From a virus (lineage: Duplodnaviria; Caudoviricetes), in IMG/VR virus record IMGVR_UViG_3300037067_026422: DNA of 64,000 nt. One strand, given 5' to 3'. Positions 49,072 through 59,392 of this stretch are shown here, one piece after another. The notes below the pieces were generated by a model. The model worked only from the letters and a program-made list of their open reading frames with translations. It was not told the DNA's origin and ran no database searches. Each line of letters begins with the position of its first letter. Position 1 is the first letter of the stretch. A program made the position numbers and the translations under genes.

Positions 49072-49440
49072 ATGAGATTAGTGCAAATAGATGACTATGT
49101 AAGAAATGAAGTAATAAAGGTAAAGCAATATGCCCTGGAGCATCCTTTTGGTGTTAAGCAGGCTGAGGCTGTTCTTGCTGGCACCTCTCTTCCTGTAGGG
49201 GATAATCCTGATCATGTCGTACATATACATGATGGAATAAGAGCAGTTTATTCAGTTGATATACATAATGACAAGAAATATCATCATCTATCCTTATCCT
49301 CTGAAACAGGATACCCTGGAATCCCTGAAGCAGAAATGGTCCTGGAAGTGTTTGGCATGGGTACGTCGGTGCAAAATCTTGAAAGTGTATGGATAGAAGA
49401 AAATATGAGAGCAATAAACTTCCTTAAGGAGTTCGAATGA
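49072..49440 (+). CDS. Hypothetical protein
   Basis: AGGAG RBS; HHLSLS motif. Confidence 0.65.
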   Translation: MRLVQIDDYVRNEVIKVKQYALEHPFGVKQAEAVLAGTSLPVGDNPDHVVHIHDGIRAVYSVDIHNDKKYHHLSLSSETGYPGIPEAEMVLEVFGMGTSVQNLESVWIEENMRAINFLKEFE

Positions 49441-49623
49441 AAAGAATCTATCAAATTGAAACAGAGAGCCCTGATTCGACTGATATTGAGACCATGAAAG
49501 AATCTGTATCCACAGCGCTCACTAAAGCGGGTATCTCTCATAGAATAAAATTTAAAAGTAACCTATCTTTCGAAGAACAAGATAGATATGAAGAGTGGGA
49601 AGATCACATGGCAGCGGGGTAAA

Positions 49624-50556
49624 ATGAACAATAACATCCAAGACTTACAGAAGGAAATCAACCGAACGTATATGAATATTTTCGGGAGAACTCCTCTCAG
49701 ACAGCGCCTCAAGGACATCAATAAAGAGGCTACAGAGCTTGATCGGTATACTGACCTGAAGAGCTTAAAGGGAGAGGCAGGAGATCTTCTTACGACCCTT
49801 ATCCAGCTCTGTAATGAGAATGAATGGTCTGTTGAAGAACTCATCGAAGCCAATCTAAAAAAGATCAGGAAGCGCAAGAATCAATACAAAGCACTTGGGA
49901 GAAAAATCCAAGTGGCTATACTTGGATTAGCAGCTAACCCCCCTACTCTGGGGCATATCCAGGTAGCTAAACTCGTATTAGATCAAAGCATGCTTTTTGA
50001 CGAAGTTCATCTATTGCCTTGCTTCGAACATGTCTACAATAAAGAACTGGTCTCCCCAACACACCGTCTTGAAATGTGCCGTCTGGCTGCAGCAGTAGAT
50101 GGAAGAATTAAAGTTCTTGATTATGAGATAACAAATAAGCTTAGAGGAGAGACATATAATCTTGCTAAAAGGCTTATCGAGGACAAAAAGTATAGTGATA
50201 CACATTCGTTTTCGTTTATCATCGGGCTTGATAATGCAAATACATTTGACAAATGGGTCAACTACGAAGAACTGGAAAAGCTCGTACGATTTATAGTAAT
50301 CCCGCGTACTGGTGAAAAACCAAAAAAGGGGGTAAACTGGTATCTTAAACCTCCTCATGTCTATATAGAACCTGATGAGCCTCTCATGGAAATATCCTCT
50401 ACAGAGGTTAGAAAAAGCCTACAGAATCTCTATGAAAGCCCTGCAGGAGTCCAATTCAATAAATTCCTGGAAGATAAGGACAGAGCCTTTAATTGGGGGC
50501 TGCACCCAAAAGTCATGAAGTACATCCTGAACAACAGGCTATATGAGAGTAAATAA
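49624..50556 (+). CDS. nadD: MazG-like domain fused to nicotinate/nicotinamide-nucleotide adenylyltransferase
   Basis: N-terminal EATEL...EAGDLL..LIQL helix motif; ANPPTLGH (HxGH-type), HRLEMCRLA, FIIGLDN, ISSTEVR. Confidence 0.82.
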   Translation: MNNNIQDLQKEINRTYMNIFGRTPLRQRLKDINKEATELDRYTDLKSLKGEAGDLLTTLIQLCNENEWSVEELIEANLKKIRKRKNQYKALGRKIQVAILGLAANPPTLGHIQVAKLVLDQSMLFDEVHLLPCFEHVYNKELVSPTHRLEMCRLAAAVDGRIKVLDYEITNKLRGETYNLAKRLIEDKKYSDTHSFSFIIGLDNANTFDKWVNYEELEKLVRFIVIPRTGEKPKKGVNWYLKPPHVYIEPDEPLMEISSTEVRKSLQNLYESPAGVQFNKFLEDKDRAFNWGLHPKVMKYILNNRLYESK

Positions 50557-50607
50557 AATAAGCAGTGTACCTATTATACCTTTACTAATATAAAAAGGAG
50601 CCTCTAA

Positions 50608-51318
50608 ATGCGTACAGATGAAGCACTCGCTATGCTAAAGAAACAAGGAGAAAAAGGCATTTCTACTGAGGAGTTTGGAAAAAAGTTTGGATTTCAAAAT
50701 CCGGGCAGTATCAGCAAAACCATAGGTCAGCTTAGAGCTACGGGATATGATATCACATATAACAAAGATAACGCTGTATATGTCCTGAAAAACAATAAAG
50801 CGGATACAGTAGAGTCTGCTTCTGTCACACCTATTGAAGAGGAACCCAAAAAAGATGCTTCAACCCCCAGTACCTATGCTACCAAAAAAGAATTAATCCT
50901 TGAGGCTCTTCTTGAAGCAGGTAAAGAAGGGGCAAATGTAGAATATCTGGCTAAGATGTCCGGAGTAAATCAAAAAAATGTTTGTTTTCATGTTCATTCC
51001 CTTCGTAAGATAGATGGTTGTAAGATATCTATGATAGAGGGTAGATATATCCTGAAAAACCGTCCTAAGAAACCTTCTGCACTTCAACAATTTCCCTCTG
51101 ATGTGGTCCCTCCTGAAATAGAGGGCAGGGCCAGCATTGAAGAGTTATTCTCAAGTATAAGTGATCGAAGTCTTATCGCTGGAATCAATAAGATAAACCC
51201 TGAAGATCGCCGATCCTATCTGGAACTTCTCAAAAAAGTCATCTATTACAAGAAGTGTGCATTAAGCATGCTTGAGACTACAAATATAATTAACTCTATC
51301 AATGTGGGGGTCATCTAA
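50608..51318 (+). CDS. Tandem winged-HTH protein
   Basis: ISTEEFG...SISKTIGQLRATGYDI and VEYLAKMSG...NVCFHVHSLR. Confidence 0.68.
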   Translation: MRTDEALAMLKKQGEKGISTEEFGKKFGFQNPGSISKTIGQLRATGYDITYNKDNAVYVLKNNKADTVESASVTPIEEEPKKDASTPSTYATKKELILEALLEAGKEGANVEYLAKMSGVNQKNVCFHVHSLRKIDGCKISMIEGRYILKNRPKKPSALQQFPSDVVPPEIEGRASIEELFSSISDRSLIAGINKINPEDRRSYLELLKKVIYYKKCALSMLETTNIINSINVGVI

Positions 51319-51743
51319 TGGCTATCCAGTCCAGGACAAAAGATATGTATAAAAAAGTCCAGACTCTTCTTACCGAAAACCAGTATATGTTCGCGGACCA
51401 ACTTGCTGTTAAGTGCAAGCTATCTGCAGCTTCCATATACAGACTCATACGTCTCATGCGTATGTCCGGGATTGGTATCCAACCCACCCCTAAAGGGTAC
51501 ACACTTTCTGAATTTGCACATAAATCTGATGATACTCATTTTCTTCGTAGACTCAACGGTCGCCGGGTATCAGACTTTGTGGCTATTAATGCTGCAGCCC
51601 CCTATATCAAAAAGCGTTGGAGCGGTGTGGAAGATAAACGTCAAATAAATCTTATACTTGGTCCCCTTATGGCAGGGTCTGAGCTGGAGTTCAGTCAAGG
51701 ACTGGAGGCAATCAAAGCCATAGAAGACAGGCATGGCTTATAA
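51318..51743 (+). CDS. Winged-HTH protein
   Basis: ADQLAVKCKLSAASIYRLIRLMRMSGIGI...GY. Confidence 0.68.
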   Translation: MAIQSRTKDMYKKVQTLLTENQYMFADQLAVKCKLSAASIYRLIRLMRMSGIGIQPTPKGYTLSEFAHKSDDTHFLRRLNGRRVSDFVAINAAAPYIKKRWSGVEDKRQINLILGPLMAGSELEFSQGLEAIKAIEDRHGL

Positions 51744-51744
51744 G

Positions 51745-52800
51745 TTATTTGCTCATCCAATCTTTACTATCAATTTTACCGGTTCGGATGAGCTTATACA
51801 TAATATCTACTATTTCAGGGTCAAATTGTTTACCACGTCCCTCTAACAGGACATTGAGGGCGAATTCTCGATCTTTGGCATTTCGATAGGGACGGTTGGA
51901 AGTTAGAGCATTAAAGGTATCAGCTACCGCTAATATCCGGGCTCCGACTGGGATCCCTTTTTCTTTGAGGTTATGTGGATACCCCCCATTACCATCCCAC
52001 CGTTCATGATGATGTAGAACATATTCACTGATTTTTCCAGCAGTGTCTACGGGTTTAACAATTCGATAACTATTTTCAGGATGAGTTTTTATAACAGCAT
52101 ACTCTTCTTCAGTCAGCTTATCCCGTTTGAATAAAATCTCATCTCTTATACCAATTTTCCCAATATCGTGAAGTTTTCCTGCAGTGATCACGTCTTCGAT
52201 AAAACTCCGATTATACGTGTATTCCCAACAGATTTTACCAGCAAGTTCACCTACCTTCTCGGAGTGATCCTTGGTATATTCATCTTTCTGTTCAAGGGCA
52301 GCACTCAAAGAATAAAGGGTATTGATGAAAATCTTATTTTTATCCTTTTGAATTGCTTCTATTTTAGCCTTGAGATTATTTGCTACGTATTTGTTTCTTC
52401 GATTGTTTCGAGTATTCCTTGCAGCTTGCAAAAGTAATAATCCCATAGCTGCGAAATCATAAGGCTTGGTGATCAAAGCATAGACTTCTTTTTGAATAAT
52501 CGTCTGAATGACGTCGTCCCGCATCTGACCTGTCAAAAAGATAACAGTCAGATCAGGATCAATTCTTTGTACCTGATCAAAAAGATCAAAACCAGATCCA
52601 TCACCATTTAAAAAAATATCAACAAGAGCAACATCAAACTGATTTGCTTCGATGCTTTCAACTGATTGAGCACAGTTTTTTGTGACGCAACACTTAGCTC
52701 CGTGTTGATTAGTAAAATCCATGAGCAATTCTTGTTGCATTTCTTCATTTTCAACAACAAGAATTTTTAGATTCACCAGAAATTGAGTGTGTGTCGTCAT
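51745..52800 (-). CDS. Response regulator with HD-GYP cyclic-dinucleotide phosphodiesterase domain
   Basis: REC (ILVVENE, ALVDIFL, IFLTG, KP); HS.KV, LHDIGKIG, HHERWDGNGGYP, ADTFNALTSNRPY. Confidence 0.9.
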   Translation of the reverse strand: MTTHTQFLVNLKILVVENEEMQQELLMDFTNQHGAKCCVTKNCAQSVESIEANQFDVALVDIFLNGDGSGFDLFDQVQRIDPDLTVIFLTGQMRDDVIQTIIQKEVYALITKPYDFAAMGLLLLQAARNTRNNRRNKYVANNLKAKIEAIQKDKNKIFINTLYSLSAALEQKDEYTKDHSEKVGELAGKICWEYTYNRSFIEDVITAGKLHDIGKIGIRDEILFKRDKLTEEEYAVIKTHPENSYRIVKPVDTAGKISEYVLHHHERWDGNGGYPHNLKEKGIPVGARILAVADTFNALTSNRPYRNAKDREFALNVLLEGRGKQFDPEIVDIMYKLIRTGKIDSKDWMSK

Positions 52801-52919
52801 AAATTTTTCTAAAAAATAGGTTAAGAACCACTGCCAGAATTTTATATTGTCTATGTATCCTCTATGAAAGCATAAAATCAAAAGAGTATTAGTATTTATA
52901 GCTAATACAAGGAGAAATA

Positions 52920-53372
52920 ATGATATATGTAGAAAGCCCTAATAGAGTTAAAGTCGATCGCCCCAGTCTTTTCTTATGCGGAGGAATATCAGAATGCAAA
53001 GACTGGCAAAAAATTGTAGTATCCCGATTACGCCCTCTGGATATCATAGTATTCAATCCGAGACGGGCTAATTATGGCACTATCATAGAGGGCGTTGAAG
53101 AAGAACAGATAACCTGGGAAGAGGAAAAGATAAAGAAAGCTGATATTCTTTCTTTTTACTTTTGCCGGGAAACTCTCTGCCCCATAACACTCTATGAACT
53201 TGGAACTGGAAACATGACCAAGAAGCATATGCTTATAGGAATGGATGAAGACTATGCTCGAAAAAAAGATGTTATTATACAGACACATTTAAAGAGACCA
53301 GAAGTGCCGATAATCTTTGGCTTAGATAGCTTCATACTATCTTTAACAGAGATGTGCATTTCCATACTATAA
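52920..53372 (+). CDS. Nucleoside 2-deoxyribosyltransferase-like protein
   Basis: LFLCGGI..DWQ, VFNPRR, EQITWE, PITLYELG. Confidence 0.78.
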   Translation: MIYVESPNRVKVDRPSLFLCGGISECKDWQKIVVSRLRPLDIIVFNPRRANYGTIIEGVEEEQITWEEEKIKKADILSFYFCRETLCPITLYELGTGNMTKKHMLIGMDEDYARKKDVIIQTHLKRPEVPIIFGLDSFILSLTEMCISIL

Positions 53373-53443
53373 GAGACTTAAGATTTTCCTTTGCTACTAC
53401 CAGCAAAGAGATATCAACATAGCAATTTATAAAGGGAATACGA

Positions 53444-54151
53444 ATGGAACTTACCCTACTATCAGATGAAATACAAAAAACTTGTGAAAACTTACAAATA
53501 AGAGTCCAAGAACGATTCCCCAAAGCCAGCCTGAATAGAACATGCAAAGATTTACTGTCTATCGCAGGAGAAGCAGACAAAACCAGTGCCTGGATAAAAC
53601 GTCCAGATTTTTTAATAAGAATAAGTGCCTGGTTTTGCGTAGCTCTCTTGATATGCGTTCTGATACCCCCTTATGTGAAACTTCAGGTCACCACCCTGAA
53701 TGTGAATATCGCTGATTTCTTCCAAATGATTGACTCCAGTTTTAATATCATAGTTGTCCTTGGCGGTACATGGTTTTATCTGATAACCAATGAAATACGT
53801 CAAAAAAGAAAAAAAGTCATATCAGCCATAAATAAGTTGAAATGCTTAGCACACATCATAGATGCTCATCAGCTTACCAAAGACCCAACATCCTCAACTT
53901 TTCTAAAGACTGATAGCTCCCCCGTAAGAAAACTATCAGATTATGAGCTTGGTAGATATCTTGACTATTGCTCTGAAATGCTGTCCCTTATAGGTAAGAT
54001 AGCTTTCTTATATATACAGGATTTTGAAGACCCGATAGCCAATGATCATGTCAATGATCTTGAAAATCTTACTACTGGGTTATGTCAGAAAATTGGACTG
54101 AAGGCTCTTATGATAGATAGAATACCTATAACTAAAATAAAAAATATTTGA
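53444..54151 (+). CDS. Two-TM hypothetical protein
   Basis: AHIIDAHQLTKDP, RYLDYCSEMLSL. Confidence 0.7.
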   Translation: MELTLLSDEIQKTCENLQIRVQERFPKASLNRTCKDLLSIAGEADKTSAWIKRPDFLIRISAWFCVALLICVLIPPYVKLQVTTLNVNIADFFQMIDSSFNIIVVLGGTWFYLITNEIRQKRKKVISAINKLKCLAHIIDAHQLTKDPTSSTFLKTDSSPVRKLSDYELGRYLDYCSEMLSLIGKIAFLYIQDFEDPIANDHVNDLENLTTGLCQKIGLKALMIDRIPITKIKNI

Positions 54152-54192
54152 GGCTGAGATAACTTAAAAACACACCGGTATAAGGAGAGATT

Positions 54193-54657
54193 ATGACAAT
54201 TAAATTTTATCGACTAAAAGACCCCTATGGATGCTTCTCAAATTTCTCAAGACACCCGATTCTACTGGATGGTATCACATGGCCTACCACCGAGCATTAT
54301 TTTCAGGCTCAGAAATATGTGGACACTGTCAAGTATCTTCAAATAGCCCGGGCTCCTACCCCCAAGCTCGCTGCAGAGTTAGGCAGAGATCGATCCCTTC
54401 CCATAAGGCATGACTGGGAGAATGTTAAAGATGCCATTATGAAAAAATGTGTTATGGAAAAGGCCCTGCAACACCCAGAAGTTATGGACGCTCTCATACG
54501 ATCAGGGAATGAAGAGATCGTTGAAGATTCTCCTATAGATTACTACTGGGGATGTGGTAAAGAAGGTACTGGTAAAAATATGCTCGGAAAAATTCTGATG
54601 GAGATTCGGGAAGAAATAAAAAAAGAATATAGAGTAGGAGATAATAATGAATTATGA
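54193..54657 (+). CDS. NADAR family protein (YbiA-like)
   Basis: FSNF, WPTTEHYFQAQK, DWE.VK, EDSP.DYYWG, GKNMLGKILMEIR. Confidence 0.92.
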   Translation: MTIKFYRLKDPYGCFSNFSRHPILLDGITWPTTEHYFQAQKYVDTVKYLQIARAPTPKLAAELGRDRSLPIRHDWENVKDAIMKKCVMEKALQHPEVMDALIRSGNEEIVEDSPIDYYWGCGKEGTGKNMLGKILMEIREEIKKEYRVGDNNEL

Positions 54658-55297
54658 TGCGTTAAAAGAAACAGTTATTAACAATGTCTGTAAAGTTATC
54701 CGGAGTAATTTAGATAATACTTCCTTTATCCAGACTCTTTTTAATGCTTTCACTGCAGAGAATGAAAAAATTAAAAATGATATTCAGAATAGAAATGAAC
54801 TTCTCCTCCAAACCTTTATGGATCTTGCCCAGGTATTTGGGGTAGAGTTTGAGGAAGGATACTCTATCCCTGAACTTGAAAAGAATATTATAGAATTCAA
54901 GAATAAGATCGAAAGTCTGGCGAGTACACAAAGACCTAAACAGCGTTATTTATGCTTCTCCGGTTCAGATGAATATGGAAATAGCTACTGTACCTGTGTC
55001 ACAGAAAAGGACATAGCATATGTTGAATTGGCTTTGATAGACTCTGGGTCTGATAGCTTTGAGCACCTATATCAAGAGGATTCAAAGCTGCTTATTGATA
55101 TGTGTATCCGAAATGAAACAACTGTCGACATCCTATTGGGTATGGGGAGTGGTGCCCTTCTTGATGTCATTGATAAATTCTTTGTGAAAATTATTAAAGC
55201 TGATTCTGTCTCTTTGGGACAATTCAGCGAGTATATTGCCTGTCTTATTAGTGGCAATCGACATTCAGGTACATCTTCTATTTGGGTAACACTATAA
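54647..55297 (+). CDS. Hypothetical protein
   Basis: 216 aa, AGGAG RBS. Confidence 0.65.
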   Translation: MNYDALKETVINNVCKVIRSNLDNTSFIQTLFNAFTAENEKIKNDIQNRNELLLQTFMDLAQVFGVEFEEGYSIPELEKNIIEFKNKIESLASTQRPKQRYLCFSGSDEYGNSYCTCVTEKDIAYVELALIDSGSDSFEHLYQEDSKLLIDMCIRNETTVDILLGMGSGALLDVIDKFFVKIIKADSVSLGQFSEYIACLISGNRHSGTSSIWVTL

Positions 55298-55307
55298 AGG
55301 AACTCTT

Positions 55308-56012
55308 ATGTCAAAAATTGAAATAGATATAAATGGAATGCCCTTACTGGAAATAGTGAAAGCCTATCCGGAGCTCATAGTAGAATTCATTGAGCAGCAT
55401 AATAAAAAAGAAAACGTTGAGTTTCTTACCGCCATGCTTGCTATAATGGGGGAATATCAGTCCAGTATAGGTTTAAGTAACTCTCAATTAATATCCATAC
55501 TGGAACTCATTACTTGGTTGGAAGAGAAATTATCAGAAGCTGAAAAAGCTTTAGTGGAGCCTGCAACAGAGGGTATAACAAATTATGACACCATCAAAGA
55601 CAGAGTAACAGAAGTGCTCCCCAAGTTTTACTTGGGTCAGGAGGTATACGCTATCATAAGTGGAAGAATAGAAAAAGGTATCCTGGTCAAGTTAGAAATG
55701 CCCTTTAATGGCCTTTACATAAGCCCCGAGAGAGCTGAATGTCTGGTATGGTTCAGCACAGATAGCAAGAATGGATGGGTAACACATGAGTTCAAACTAA
55801 CAGAAATAGCTCCCGTAGTAAAAAGGCAAGAAGGGATATTCAAGCTGGGAGTCTATGTAGAATCCACAGGATGCTTTAAATGCCAGTTCTATTCATCTCA
55901 TGATCCTTGCACACTATCAGGTGGGCCTGCATGGAAAGAGGTTTATACGGCCTGGCGTGAAGGGGGCTTTGCAATAGGATGCCCTTTAACTAATAGCACA
56001 AATCGGAAATGA
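55308..56012 (+). CDS. Hypothetical protein
   Basis: 234 aa. Confidence 0.65.
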   Translation: MSKIEIDINGMPLLEIVKAYPELIVEFIEQHNKKENVEFLTAMLAIMGEYQSSIGLSNSQLISILELITWLEEKLSEAEKALVEPATEGITNYDTIKDRVTEVLPKFYLGQEVYAIISGRIEKGILVKLEMPFNGLYISPERAECLVWFSTDSKNGWVTHEFKLTEIAPVVKRQEGIFKLGVYVESTGCFKCQFYSSHDPCTLSGGPAWKEVYTAWREGGFAIGCPLTNSTNRK

Positions 56013-56013
56013 T

Positions 56014-56520
56014 ATGCACGAACAGATAAAAAAAGCACGAGAGTTTTCCCTAAAAGCCCATAATACTCAAGTTTATGGAGACATTTATCCTTACTTTAAG
56101 CATCTGGAAGATGTCTATAATATCCTGATCAAGTTCGGATTTACAGAGGAGCATGATCTTGATATCCTCACTGCGGCTTTTCTCCATGATACTATAGAAG
56201 ATACGCAAGTTTCTTTTAGTGACCTCAAAAGAGCTTTTGATGAGAACATCGCCGAAATAGTTTACTGTATGTCTGATGAGCTTGGAAGAACCCGTAAGGA
56301 GAAAAAGGAGAAAACTTATCCCAAGATAAGATCGAACCCCAAATCTGTAATATTAAAGGTTGCTGACCGTATCGCCAATGTAGAATTTTCCCGTACCCAG
56401 GATAGTGGACATATCAAAATGTATCGAAGCGAATTTAAAGATTTTGAATATCATTTGAGAATATATCGACAAATAGATTCTATGTGGGAACATTTGAACA
56501 GGAGTCTATTTTCAGAATGA
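56014..56520 (+). CDS. HD-domain hydrolase (SpoT/Mesh1-like small alarmone hydrolase)
   Basis: AH..Q..PY..HL, AAFLHDTIED, LKVADRIAN. Confidence 0.82.
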   Translation: MHEQIKKAREFSLKAHNTQVYGDIYPYFKHLEDVYNILIKFGFTEEHDLDILTAAFLHDTIEDTQVSFSDLKRAFDENIAEIVYCMSDELGRTRKEKKEKTYPKIRSNPKSVILKVADRIANVEFSRTQDSGHIKMYRSEFKDFEYHLRIYRQIDSMWEHLNRSLFSE

Positions 56521-57005
56521 GAGAAGATCGAGAACTCAAGGTAAATGACATCCAAACCACAGTAAGGATATTCAAGGACTACCATCAGTTAAAAATAACC
56601 CTACGAGGTTATTACTTTATAATACGTATATACAAAAGCTCTGAAACTATGAATACATTTATAGCCCAACATTCCAATGTAAAAGCAGGAAACTTTGCCG
56701 GTGCATATATTGGAAATGTACCCCGATTACCAAAAAATAAAATGATAGGAACCATCGCTCTTACTTTCATATCTTTGACGAATCCGCTGATCATACATGA
56801 ATGTATTCATGCAGCATTAGGATACCATTCCTGGGTCTTCAACAAAAATTATGAACTTAAACCTAATCCAATTTCTATACGAACATTAAAAGAAGAGGAA
56901 TTCTTTTGCACACTTGTAGGTTGTCTCTATAATGAAATCATGAATTATGCTACAGGGTCCTATAGGGTCTTGATGCATGTAGCTAAGAAACAACAGCATT
57001 GTTAA
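56517..57005 (+). CDS. HExxH putative metallopeptidase
   Basis: IIHECIHAA...EEEFFC. Confidence 0.55.
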   Translation: MREDRELKVNDIQTTVRIFKDYHQLKITLRGYYFIIRIYKSSETMNTFIAQHSNVKAGNFAGAYIGNVPRLPKNKMIGTIALTFISLTNPLIIHECIHAALGYHSWVFNKNYELKPNPISIRTLKEEEFFCTLVGCLYNEIMNYATGSYRVLMHVAKKQQHC

Positions 57006-57025
57006 AATAGAGGAGTAAAATATTT

Positions 57026-57403
57026 ATGGATGCTTTTAAAAACTTTGAGGGCACAATTAATAATTCAATAGTGGAAGATTTTTCCAAAGCATATGTCATG
57101 GGATTCTCTATGCTGATCTCCGATGTTAATATGGCAATGTCCCTTTTATCCCTATGTCAGCACTCCTTTAACGGAGATTTTGATAAAGCCTGTCGATTTA
57201 TGGATGAATTACTTGAGGATCTGCATGAAAGGCTATTAAAAAAGGTGCTCATCGATTTTACAACTATGGAAGATGATAAGATAGCACTATCAATGTGCAG
57301 AGACAGGATACAACAGGATTTTAATGAGATTAAAGAGTCTATCCTTAAAACAGCAATAGTGTTAGACACCAAAGTAAAAAAGTTTGAAAAAGATGGGGCA
57401 TAA
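57026..57403 (+). CDS. Hypothetical protein
   Basis: GAGGAG RBS. Confidence 0.62.
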   Translation: MDAFKNFEGTINNSIVEDFSKAYVMGFSMLISDVNMAMSLLSLCQHSFNGDFDKACRFMDELLEDLHERLLKKVLIDFTTMEDDKIALSMCRDRIQQDFNEIKESILKTAIVLDTKVKKFEKDGA

Positions 57404-57737
57404 GTTTTCCGAAAGATATACTTATGAAGAATTGATAACCCTTATTGATCTATTCAAAGTTGTTGGGGAAGTCAAACAGCTTGTAAAAAGCCACCCCGGG
57501 GATATACTAAGAGAAGTCTATTATGTAAAACCTACTTTAAAGATATCCATAACAGAGAATGGCTTTAATTTAGAAAGTATCCCGACTGATGAACATGATA
57601 TTAAAAATAATACAATTCGTGCTGAAAGGTTAAAGATGATTCAAGAAACCTCCTTAAATAATATGCCTCTGTATATAAATGATAAGAATGAGATAATAAG
57701 AACAATAGCAACCTGGCGATTGAATATAGGTAAGTAA
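57393..57737 (+). CDS. PLYIN/WRLxIGK family, tandem copy 1
   Basis: RYTYEEL; NNMPLYIN...IATWRLNIGK. Confidence 0.82.
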   Translation: MGHKFSERYTYEELITLIDLFKVVGEVKQLVKSHPGDILREVYYVKPTLKISITENGFNLESIPTDEHDIKNNTIRAERLKMIQETSLNNMPLYINDKNEIIRTIATWRLNIGK

Positions 57738-57762
57738 CTTTTAAAGAATTAATGTTCTAAAA

Positions 57763-58110
57763 ATGATTAATAGATACTATGATTACGAATATATTGAACT
57801 TATCAGAATGTTTGATACGGAAGATTTAGCTCCGCACTCTTTTTGTCGTATTACCAACCCATACTTCTGGAAATTCATGAGTTGGCTGCTTTTTAAACAA
57901 ATTATATTCACGAAAGCTGAACATCTACCAGCGATAGCACTCTTTATCTATCATACAACTAAAACTATGAACTTTCAAAATATTCAATATCGTTTAGGAA
58001 ATTTATGGTGTACCTTTATAATGCCTATTAATAAAGCTTCCCTGTATATATCGAATAAAGATATCAGAAAACAGATAATAAGTAGATGGAGATTAAAGGT
58101 TGGAAGATGA
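57763..58110 (+). CDS. PLYIN/WRLxIGK family, tandem copy 2
   Basis: YYDYEY; PINKASLYIS...ISRWRLKVGR. Confidence 0.8.
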   Translation: MINRYYDYEYIELIRMFDTEDLAPHSFCRITNPYFWKFMSWLLFKQIIFTKAEHLPAIALFIYHTTKTMNFQNIQYRLGNLWCTFIMPINKASLYISNKDIRKQIISRWRLKVGR

Positions 58111-58418
58111 TAAAGTATGATAAAAAAGATATAGATCTTTTATTTAATCAGTTCATGTCTAATAGTGTCACCGAAGGTAAGGGATTAAAAGGTAATGAGG
58201 GAGCTTGTACTTATATTACTATACAGGGAAAGAAGGTGGCTATCTCCTGTGATACCCTTATAAAGATAGTTTTTGGTAATCCCACCATAAGAGATTCTAT
58301 AGATAGGGAAGTTTTTAATATTTATGCTCTTATACACGTGATTCCAATAGAACATGTACCACTTTTCTTAAACATCATACCTGAAGTAGCCAAGTGGCGC
58401 TTGGAGATCAGAAAATGA
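58107..58418 (+). CDS. PLYIN/WRLxIGK family, tandem copy 3
   Basis: ATGA overlap; KYDKKD; HVPLFLN...VAKWRLEIRK. Confidence 0.82.
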   Translation: MIKYDKKDIDLLFNQFMSNSVTEGKGLKGNEGACTYITIQGKKVAISCDTLIKIVFGNPTIRDSIDREVFNIYALIHVIPIEHVPLFLNIIPEVAKWRLEIRK

Positions 58419-58720
58419 ACTCATATACTAACGAAGAAATTAACTTATTACTATCAGAGTTTCCAAGACTACGCAATAATATCTTAGTAGGCAGCACAGG
58501 ATATATAGTAGAAAACTCACTCTTTATGAGTTCTGTGCTGTTAGATCCGGCGTTAGACCCTACTGAAATTCTTCCCTTTTATTCCGATATTGATATCGGA
58601 ATAAAAAAAGAGTTATCCATAATAAGAGATCTTATTTATTACGTGCCCATACATCAAGTACCCCTATATATAAATATTTGTCCTAACATAGCTTCATGGA
58701 GATTAAAAATAGGAAAATGA
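58415..58720 (+). CDS. PLYIN/WRLxIGK family, tandem copy 4
   Basis: ATGA overlap; SYTNEE; QVPLYIN...IASWRLKIGK. Confidence 0.82.
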   Translation: MNSYTNEEINLLLSEFPRLRNNILVGSTGYIVENSLFMSSVLLDPALDPTEILPFYSDIDIGIKKELSIIRDLIYYVPIHQVPLYINICPNIASWRLKIGK

Positions 58721-59049
58721 TCACATACGCACCAGGAGAAAAAGATATTCTATTGAATAGTATTACCAATCGTTTTGGTATAGGTTTTGAGAATGCTGGT
58801 TTAAATAGCCCAGAATCTCAACCGTATATCTTTTTTAAACTTTATGGGAGTCTTTGTTGTATGTCTATGTACCTACTTACTAAAATCGTACTATATGATC
58901 CTGTAAGACACCCAAATTTACACAACGAGATACATGGGTCATTTAAAGAGGTATGGAATTTGATTCATTTTATACCTTTAAATAGAGTCCCATTATACAT
59001 TAACACTATCCCTGATATTGCAAGTTGGAGATTAAAAATTGGTAAATAA
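58717..59049 (+). CDS. PLYIN/WRLxIGK family, tandem copy 5
   Basis: ATGA overlap; RVPLYIN...IASWRLKIGK. Confidence 0.82.
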   Translation: MITYAPGEKDILLNSITNRFGIGFENAGLNSPESQPYIFFKLYGSLCCMSMYLLTKIVLYDPVRHPNLHNEIHGSFKEVWNLIHFIPLNRVPLYINTIPDIASWRLKIGK

Positions 59050-59392
59050 AATTATTAAGAAAATCATACTCTCTATCTGGAGGTGTAAAAGGAGTGATAC
59101 AAAACCCATATATCCAAAAAAAGAGATAGCAGATTTGTATCTGTCTTTTCTTAAAAGACCCGTAGATGAATTGTCTACCCGTATCACTTTAAATGGTGGC
59201 CATTATTTAATTAGATATCTTGATCTTTATACAATATTGAACAGTAACCCATCAGGAAATGACTGTGTTTTGTATACGAGAGCAGAACAAGAGTTATATA
59301 GGATGCTCTTTGATGTCCCGCTAAAACAGGTTCCTCTATACATCAACACACATCCGGAAATAGCTCAATGGAGATTAAGAATTGGAATATGA
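59039..59392 (+). CDS. PLYIN/WRLxIGK family, tandem copy 6 (start uncertain)
   Basis: IYPKKE; QVPLYIN...IAQWRLRIGI. Confidence 0.75.
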   Translation: MVNKIIKKIILSIWRCKRSDTKPIYPKKEIADLYLSFLKRPVDELSTRITLNGGHYLIRYLDLYTILNSNPSGNDCVLYTRAEQELYRMLFDVPLKQVPLYINTHPEIAQWRLRIGI

